This document shows, piece by piece, positions 41,464 to 46,325 of a stretch of 46,325 nucleotides of DNA. Under the pieces are notes generated by a model. It made no database searches and had not been told where the DNA came from. It saw nothing but the letters and a program-made list of their open reading frames with translations. This stretch comes from a virus: the IMG/VR virus record IMGVR_UViG_3300045988_046749. One strand, given 5' to 3'. A program made the position numbers and the translations under genes. Every line of letters starts with the position of its first letter. Position 1 is the stretch's first letter.

Positions 41464-42027
41464 ATGAGAGACATTAAAGACTTATGCGCAAGAATTGAAG
41501 ACGAGCTGTCCAAAATCGCTGACAGTGGGTTGACTACTGGAAATCTGGAAATGACATACAAACTGATTGATATGTACAAAGATATAAAGAACACACAGTA
41601 CTGGGACAAAAAGGTGGAGTATTACAATACTGTCCTTGATGAGATGCGCAGTGGGTATAACGACAATTACAGCGAACGAGGTCGCAAACATGACAGTATG
41701 GGGAGATACAGCCGCAGTGATGGAAGAATGATGTACCCAGACTATGATCGTGGCAACTCTTACGGCGATGAAAGTCGCGACTACGGAACCGGAAGAGGGT
41801 ACTATAGTCGCTCCGATGGACGAGATGCTTATAGCGACTATATGACACAAAAACAAAGTTATCGATCTGGAAAGTCAGAGGAATGCAAGAGGAAAATGCT
41901 TTCCGCACTAGAAAAACACCTAAACGAACTCGCAACAGAATTGAGCGACATGTCCAAAGACGCAGAGTGCCGGGAAGAGCGTGATCTTGTTAAGAGATAC
42001 GTCGAGAAATTAAGAGATATACTTTGA
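41464..42027 (+). CDS. Protein with helical ends and an R/S/D/Y/G-rich disordered centre
   Basis: 187 aa with repeated YSRSDGR(M/D). SD AGGAGGTG. Confidence 0.6.
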   Translation: MRDIKDLCARIEDELSKIADSGLTTGNLEMTYKLIDMYKDIKNTQYWDKKVEYYNTVLDEMRSGYNDNYSERGRKHDSMGRYSRSDGRMMYPDYDRGNSYGDESRDYGTGRGYYSRSDGRDAYSDYMTQKQSYRSGKSEECKRKMLSALEKHLNELATELSDMSKDAECREERDLVKRYVEKLRDIL

Positions 42028-42033
42028 TTCTTG

Positions 42034-42076
42034 CAAATGTGGGGACAACTTTTTTAAAAGAATGTGATACTATAAT
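42034..42076 (+). promoter_or_regulatory. Late promoter copy C (AAATGTGGGGACAA box + -10 TACTAT/TATAAT)
   Basis: Box at 42034-42048. TACTAT at 42068-42073 overlaps a perfect TATAAT at 42071-42076. Confidence 0.65.
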
Positions 42077-42356
42077 CTTGCAAGGCATGGTGAACCTTGT
42101 AAGACTTGCTGATTAGAAGTTTTTGCTTTCTTTTTCATTTCATGTCCTCCTTTCTTTTGTGAATATGTCCTTAATAGAAACAGATTTGAGCGGAATCTGG
42201 AGGTTGAAAAGCGGGTGCAATTTCCGACATATTCATTAGCCAGTGTGATTGACTGGTGGAACACCTCATCATGAATGAAACAACATCTCCGTGAAAGTCG
42301 GATAGTGGTAGGCATAACACGATAAATACCTTGCTAACCCGGGAATCCGGGTTATG

Positions 42357-42425
42357 TGGAATGTACGCTAGTGGAAAACTGACAGAGTCGCTCTCTGGTC
42401 TCCGGTTCGATTCCGGGCGTTCCGC
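42357..42425 (+). ncRNA. tRNA-like element (acceptor stem + T-arm, no canonical D or anticodon arm)
   Basis: TGGAATG pairs with CGTTCCG (two G-U pairs). The T-arm is TCCGG-TTCGATT-CCGGG. The middle forms a 5-bp stem with a 5-nt loop. Only 68 nt long. Confidence 0.4.
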
Positions 42426-42544
42426 TTTGATTCGGTTAAAATTATGCTGTTTGCTTGCAAGCGGTCTATGATTTGGCTGAATTTATCTCATGAGAAAAGG
42501 TTATTGCTCATCCTGTTGTCTGGTGTCCGGATCAAAAAGCATAA

Positions 42545-42618
42545 TGGAATGTAGCTCAGTTGGAAGAGCGGAGGGCGCATAGTCCTTGACGTCGGTGGTT
42601 CGAGTCCACCCTTTCCGA
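42545..42618 (+). tRNA. tRNA-like gene with CAU anticodon (Met/Ile2-type), non-canonical features
   Basis: Manual cloverleaf: acceptor TGGAATG/CTTTCCG (one mismatch, one G-U), D-arm GCTC-AGTTGGAA-GAGC, anticodon arm GAGGG-CGCATAG-TCCTT (G at position 33), a 6-nt variable loop, and T-arm GGTGG-TTCGAGT-CCACC. Confidence 0.5.
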
Positions 42619-42695
42619 TTACCCTGCCAGTGGTCTAACTGGCTTAATCCAATACCTGCGGCGGCAGGTCAATAAACACGACCAGGAGGATATAT

Positions 42696-43328
42696 ATGCA
42701 GAAACTTATTGACACATTAAAATCATTTGGAATCGAAATCCCGGAGGACAAACAGGCAGATGTTAAGAAGGCACTCTCTGAGCATTACAAAAATGCAAAG
42801 GAAGTAGCAAAAACTCTGTCGAAAGTCGAGGGTGAACGTGATAGCTGGAAAGTACGTGCTGAGACAGCAGAAGAAACTTTGAAAGGCTTTGACGGTATCG
42901 ACCCGGCAAACATTCAGACAGAGCTTGCTGGATGGAAGAAAAAAGCCGAGGATGCAGAGAAAGAATTTAATGCAAAAATCTACGACCGTGATTTCTCAGA
43001 TGCTCTGAAAGCAGCGCTCGATGATGTTAAATTTTCCAGTGAAGCGGCTAAGAGGTCTGTTATGGCAGACATTAAAGAAGCAGGTCTTAAGCTGAAAGAC
43101 GGTAAAATCCTTGGGCTGAACGATCTGATCGAGCAGATGAAACAGTCTGACGCATCCGCTTTCGTGGATGAATCTCAGCAGCAGGCTCAGCAGAATCAGG
43201 CAAGATTTACTACTCACGTTGGACAGCAGCAGACACCGGGAAGCATGACGAAGAAAGATATTGAAGCAATCAAAGACCCGTCCGAGAGACAGGCTGCAAT
43301 TGCTCAGAATATCCAGTTATTCCAGTGA
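42696..43328 (+). CDS. Scaffolding protein (GP20-like)
   Basis: 210 aa, helical and charged, with a Q-rich tail. Immediately upstream of the major capsid gene. SD AGGAGGA. Confidence 0.8.
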   Translation: MQKLIDTLKSFGIEIPEDKQADVKKALSEHYKNAKEVAKTLSKVEGERDSWKVRAETAEETLKGFDGIDPANIQTELAGWKKKAEDAEKEFNAKIYDRDFSDALKAALDDVKFSSEAAKRSVMADIKEAGLKLKDGKILGLNDLIEQMKQSDASAFVDESQQQAQQNQARFTTHVGQQQTPGSMTKKDIEAIKDPSERQAAIAQNIQLFQ

Positions 43329-43339
43329 TTTTTTTACAC

Positions 43340-43363
43340 CGACTATACGCCAGAGTATAGTCG
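43340..43363 (+). other. Perfect 9-bp hairpin between the scaffold and capsid genes (no T-run)
   Basis: CGACTATAC / GTATAGTCG with loop GCCAGA. Confidence 0.6.
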
Positions 43364-43406
43364 CTAACCCAATACCTTAATAATTATGGGTAGAAAGGAT
43401 TTTTTT

Positions 43407-44573
43407 ATGCCAGCAAAAACAAATCTTATTATGACTAATGATATCCAGGTCACAGCACGTGAGATTGACTTTGTAACCAGATTCGAAAGAAACTGGCAGC
43501 ACTTACGTGACATTCTGGGTATCATGAGACCTATCAAAAAACAGCCGGGTGCTGTACTGAAATCTAAGTACGCAGAGGGTACTTTACAGAGTGGACTTGT
43601 CGGTGAGGGTGAGGAAATTCCTTACAGCAAGTTCACTGTAAAAGAAAAGAACTATGCGGAAATGACTATCGAGAAGTACGCAAAGGCTGTATCTATCGAA
43701 GCAATCAAGGATCATGGTTATGAGAACGCTGTTCAGATGACCGATGATGAATTCCTTTTCCAGCTTCAGACTGATGTTACCAGCAGATTCTATGACTATC
43801 TGAAAACCGGTACACTTACTTCCACAGAAACCACATTCCAGATGGCTCTGGCAATGGCCAAAGGTCGTGTTGAGAACAAATTCAAACAAATACACAGAAA
43901 TGTGACTGGCGTTGTTGGATTTGTGAACATTCTGGACGTATATGAATACCTTGGAGCAGCTGAAATCACCATTCAAAACCAGTTCGGCTTCCAGTATATG
44001 AAAGACTTCATGGGATTCAATACTATCTTCCTGCTATCTGACAGTGAGATTCCAAGAGGACAGGTTATCGCTACCCCTGTCGAGAACATCGTGCTGTACT
44101 ATGTAGATCCGAATGAATCTGACTTTGCAAGAGCAGGACTTGTATATACTGTTTCTGGCGAGACAAACCTGATTGGATTCCACACTCAGGGCAACTACCA
44201 CACAGCAGTGTCCGAAGCGTTCGCAGTAATGGGACTTACTCTTTTTGCAGAGTACATTGACGCAATCGCAGTAATTACCATTGACGAGACACCAACGCTT
44301 GGAACTCTGACAGTAACATCTGCGGCAGGGACAGCAAGTGGCGACACAAAAATCACTGTAAATCCAGCTAAAGAAAATGCCAACAACGTATATAAATACA
44401 AAGTTGCAGCGGATGCAGTAACTGTCGGATACGGACAGAATCTCAGAAACTGGAGCACTTGGGATGGAAAAGCCGATATCACAGCGGCAACCGGACAGAA
44501 GATCACAGTGGTTGAGTGCGATGGAACATACAAGGCGCTGAATGCCGGAAGTGCAAGCGTAACAGCAAAATGA
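43407..44573 (+). CDS. Major capsid protein with C-terminal Ig-like domain
   Basis: 388 aa from ATG 43407. N-terminal REIDFVTRFERNWQHLRDILGIMRPIKK. The C-terminal ~90 aa are Ig-like (TLTVTSAAGTASGDTKITV...ASVTAK). Confidence 0.85.
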   Translation: MPAKTNLIMTNDIQVTAREIDFVTRFERNWQHLRDILGIMRPIKKQPGAVLKSKYAEGTLQSGLVGEGEEIPYSKFTVKEKNYAEMTIEKYAKAVSIEAIKDHGYENAVQMTDDEFLFQLQTDVTSRFYDYLKTGTLTSTETTFQMALAMAKGRVENKFKQIHRNVTGVVGFVNILDVYEYLGAAEITIQNQFGFQYMKDFMGFNTIFLLSDSEIPRGQVIATPVENIVLYYVDPNESDFARAGLVYTVSGETNLIGFHTQGNYHTAVSEAFAVMGLTLFAEYIDAIAVITIDETPTLGTLTVTSAAGTASGDTKITVNPAKENANNVYKYKVAADAVTVGYGQNLRNWSTWDGKADITAATGQKITVVECDGTYKALNAGSASVTAK

Positions 44574-44594
44574 TGAATCTGGGAGGTAACTGGC

Positions 44595-45089
44595 ATGGCT
44601 TATGCAGATTATAAATTCTATACAGAATCATTCGGCAATGTCGTGCCAGAAATCGACTTTCCGCGGCTGGCAGAAAGAGCCAGTGATTTTGTGGACACAA
44701 TGACGTTTGACAGGTTGGTGGACGGACTGCCGAAAAATGAACGCTCGCAGAAGCGTATCAAAAAGGCGGTCTGTTCACTGGCTGAATTAATGTATCAGAT
44801 TGAACTTTCTGAGAAGAATGCTACCAATGCTGCTGTGAGCGGTACGTCAACCGCAATCGGGTCTGGTGGTAGCACGACAGGCATTGTAACATCTGTAAGT
44901 TCTGGCAGTGAATCCATTTCTTACGCCACTCCTCAGCAGAAAGCATCGGGCGCAAAGGAATGGAGCGCAGTGTATGCCGCCGCCGGAGATGTACAGAAAA
45001 CGAACGACTTGCTTCTTAAGACAGCGTTGCCACTTTTGATGGGAGTAAGGACGGATGATGGAATACCAGTATTGTATGCAGGAGTGTAA
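44595..45089 (+). CDS. Head-tail connector (gp6-like)
   Basis: 164 aa. N-terminal YADYKFYTESFGN...FPRLAERASDFVDTMTFDR. Directly after the capsid gene. Confidence 0.65.
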   Translation: MAYADYKFYTESFGNVVPEIDFPRLAERASDFVDTMTFDRLVDGLPKNERSQKRIKKAVCSLAELMYQIELSEKNATNAAVSGTSTAIGSGGSTTGIVTSVSSGSESISYATPQQKASGAKEWSAVYAAAGDVQKTNDLLLKTALPLLMGVRTDDGIPVLYAGV

Positions 45090-45094
45090 TTGAG

Positions 45095-45268
45095 ATGAAT
45101 AAAGTAATGTGTTTTTTGACTGGCGGGCATAAATTCAAAAGTCCTGCTGAATCAAAATGTAATGACAAAGAAAAGACTTGTACCATTACGGAAACTTGCT
45201 GTAAATGCGGGAAACAGTTTTTATTTACAGGTACATACAAACAGTTTAGTATTCCAGATGTGAGGTGA
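45095..45268 (+). CDS. 57-aa Cys-rich protein
   Basis: MNKVMCFLTGGHKFKSPAESKCNDKEKTCTITETCCKCGKQFLF... Below the track cutoff. Confidence 0.4.
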   Translation: MNKVMCFLTGGHKFKSPAESKCNDKEKTCTITETCCKCGKQFLFTGTYKQFSIPDVR

Positions 45269-45273
45269 AAATA

Positions 45274-45588
45274 ATGAAGAAGTTATTTATTTCTCAGCCC
45301 ATGAGGGGCAAGACAGATGAGGAAATTCTTGCGGTAAGAGAAAAGGCAATTAAAAGCGCAGAGAAGCAGGTTGGTGAACCTGTAGAAGTAATTGATTCTT
45401 TCTTCCAGTCAGCACCAGTTGACGCAAAGCCACTCTGGTATCTGGGTGAATCCCTCAAACTTCTGGCAGAAGCTGATGTGGCGTTTTTCGCTAAAGGATG
45501 GGACGAAGCCAGAGGATGCAAGATTGAGAATACTTGCGCTATCGAGTATGGCATTGAGACCATTATTGAAGATTATACGGAGGGTTAA
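45274..45588 (+). CDS. DUF4406 / nucleoside 2-deoxyribosyltransferase-like protein
   Basis: MKKLFISQPMRGKTDEEI ... LLAEADVAFFAKGWDEARGCKIENTCAIEYGI. The ATG at 45274 follows GAGGTGA. Confidence 0.55.
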   Translation: MKKLFISQPMRGKTDEEILAVREKAIKSAEKQVGEPVEVIDSFFQSAPVDAKPLWYLGESLKLLAEADVAFFAKGWDEARGCKIENTCAIEYGIETIIEDYTEG

Positions 45589-45590
45589 AG

Positions 45591-45926
45591 ATGGAAGCAT
45601 TATTTACAAATGTAACTCTGATTCTGGCAGTAATCAGCGTTCTGGCGTTTTGCGTATCTGTGATTACACAGGTGATTAAAAATGTCGGGTTCCTGTCGAA
45701 AATTCCGACAGATGCACTGGTACTTGTACTGTCCATTGGAATTACTGTAGCCGCTTTTGTGGCGTATATGCAGTATATCCACATGACAATCTTGTGGTAT
45801 ATGATTTTAGCTGCTATCATGGCTGGGTTTATTGTGGCGTTTATTTCCATGTTTGGATGGGAGAAGATTACGGAATTATGGAAGCGAACGTCCAAGGTTG
45901 ATGTGGATAAGCTGAAAAATAAATGA
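45591..45926 (+). CDS. Holin (Listeria A118 Hol118-like architecture)
   Basis: 111 aa with three hydrophobic segments. ITQVIKNVGFLSKIPTDALVLVLSIGITVAAF resembles the Hol118 segment [29 protein letters not shown]. The tail is charged. Confidence 0.6.
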   Translation: MEALFTNVTLILAVISVLAFCVSVITQVIKNVGFLSKIPTDALVLVLSIGITVAAFVAYMQYIHMTILWYMILAAIMAGFIVAFISMFGWEKITELWKRTSKVDVDKLKNK

Positions 45927-45942
45927 TTAAGGAGAGGGTATC

Positions 45943-46325
45943 ATGTATTCATCTAAAATTACACTTTTCAACTATTACGAAAGTGCCACAACTGGAGATG
46001 CGTACTGGTATCCTCATGTTTTATCCGGCGTTGACCTCATTACGGACAAGGGAGCAATACTCAAGAAGTACGGACCGGACGCAACAGACAATGCGCAGTT
46101 GCACGTCCGATATACCGTCCAGAACGGCGATATAACCATTGCTGATAAGGATGGAAAGATTCTCCCGTGGATACCGCCCAAAGAATGGAAAGGGCAGATT
46201 AACAACGCTTTGGAAGACACTATCACATTCTCGGACGAATCATTCTTCTGGGAGGGTGAGTGGACTGGCAGAACGGTAACTGATGGTGATTATCGGAATG
46301 GATTCTATCAGTACATGAACGAGAA
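45943..46325 (+). CDS. 5' part of the head-tail joining protein that continues at 1..134 through the circular junction
   Basis: ATG after AAGGAGAGGG, with an open frame to the window end. The 46271-46325 overlap is in phase with 1-55. Confidence 0.75.
   Translation, partial: MYSSKITLFNYYESATTGDAYWYPHVLSGVDLITDKGAILKKYGPDATDNAQLHVRYTVQNGDITIADKDGKILPWIPPKEWKGQINNALEDTITFSDESFFWEGEWTGRTVTDGDYRNGFYQYMNE
46271..46325. repeat. Terminal overlap identical to 1..55
   Basis: Exact 55/55 identity. Confidence 0.97.

Larger units (their letters stand above)
42077..42695 (+). ncRNA. Candidate large structured untranslated RNA / leader containing two tRNA-like modules
   Basis: No credible + strand ORF across ~620 nt in an otherwise tightly packed genome. 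Hairpins at 42077-42103, 42240-42256 and 42335-42354, plus a 10-bp long-range pairing of 42160-42169 with 42226-42235. Confidence 0.4.
1..46325. mobile_element. Complete temperate siphovirus-like phage genome (circular assembly, 46,270 bp unique)
   Basis: All canonical modules are present (integrase, CI/Cro switch, replication, TerS/TerL, portal, capsid, tail, lysis). The two ends are identical over 55 nt. There is no sheath gene and the tape measure is 993 aa. Confidence 0.9.

Noticed and set aside
42070-42315. 81-aa minus-strand ORF in the untranslated region, including a 22-aa sub-ORF preceded by AAAGGAGGA
   Set aside because: The translation is not protein-like, and the ORF would be transcribed against late promoter C. 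The SD-like word is the complement of a CCTCC tract on the + strand RNA. I kept it only as a caveat to the ncRNA hypothesis.
42357-42425. First tRNA-like module as a genuine tRNA gene
   Set aside because: It is only 68 nt, no D-stem can be formed, and the central hairpin has a 5-nt loop, so there is no anticodon loop. It is reported as a tRNA-like element, not a tRNA.
1-46325. Alternative genetic code or stop-codon reassignment
   Set aside because: Standard-code translation gives uninterrupted long ORFs for every hallmark gene, and all three stop codons are used at well-defined gene ends.

Overview
This window is a complete, circularly closed genome of a temperate siphovirus-type phage, probably from a Gram-positive (Clostridia/Bacillota-like) host. 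The first 55 nt are identical to the last 55 nt, which I read as an assembly overlap, so the unique length is 46,270 bp. One structural gene reads cleanly through that junction. Almost all genes are on the + strand and have strong GGAGG-type ribosome-binding sites.

Gene order from coordinate 1:
- Tail and lysis: head-tail joining genes, major tail protein, two tail chaperones, a 993-aa tape measure and a small Dit-like protein. Then a 1,460-aa tail fibre with collagen-like repeats and a C-terminal intramolecular-chaperone domain, and a CHAP + 2xSH3 endolysin.
- Lysogeny: a candidate attP, a large serine integrase (-), small lysogeny-side morons, and a CI-like (-)/Cro-like (+) switch with three TTCG-N7-CGAA operators.
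- Early genes: a run of tiny early ORFs, several below the 60-aa cutoff of the ORF track.
- Recombination and replication: a Sak4-like ATPase, a DUF669-like SSB, a PD-(D/E)XK-like nuclease and an ERCC4-like nuclease. Then a CHC2 zinc-finger primase piece, a P-loop helicase, an iteron origin and a Pif1/RecD-like helicase.
- Accessory genes (about 7 kb): a PP-loop ATPase remnant, a radical SAM enzyme, DUF551-like and YopX-like proteins, and many Cys-rich proteins.
- Packaging and head: a candidate late regulator, TerS/TerL, portal, MuF-like minor head protein, scaffold, major capsid and connector.

The observations most worth a second look:
1. A ~670-nt untranslated, late-promoter-driven region with two tRNA-like modules lies between virion genes. 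It is a candidate large structured RNA.
2. An unexplained five-gene low-complexity module (Q/P-rich, G/N-rich membrane, Cys-rich, BclA-C-like, RS/DY-rich) splits the head operon.
3. The motif AAATGTGGGG occurs three times at a fixed distance from a -10 box, marking the late transcription units.
4. A Hol118-like holin sits ~12 kb from the endolysin, inside a three-gene insertion in the head-tail joining module.

All family names come from recognising motifs by eye. No database search or folding program was run.
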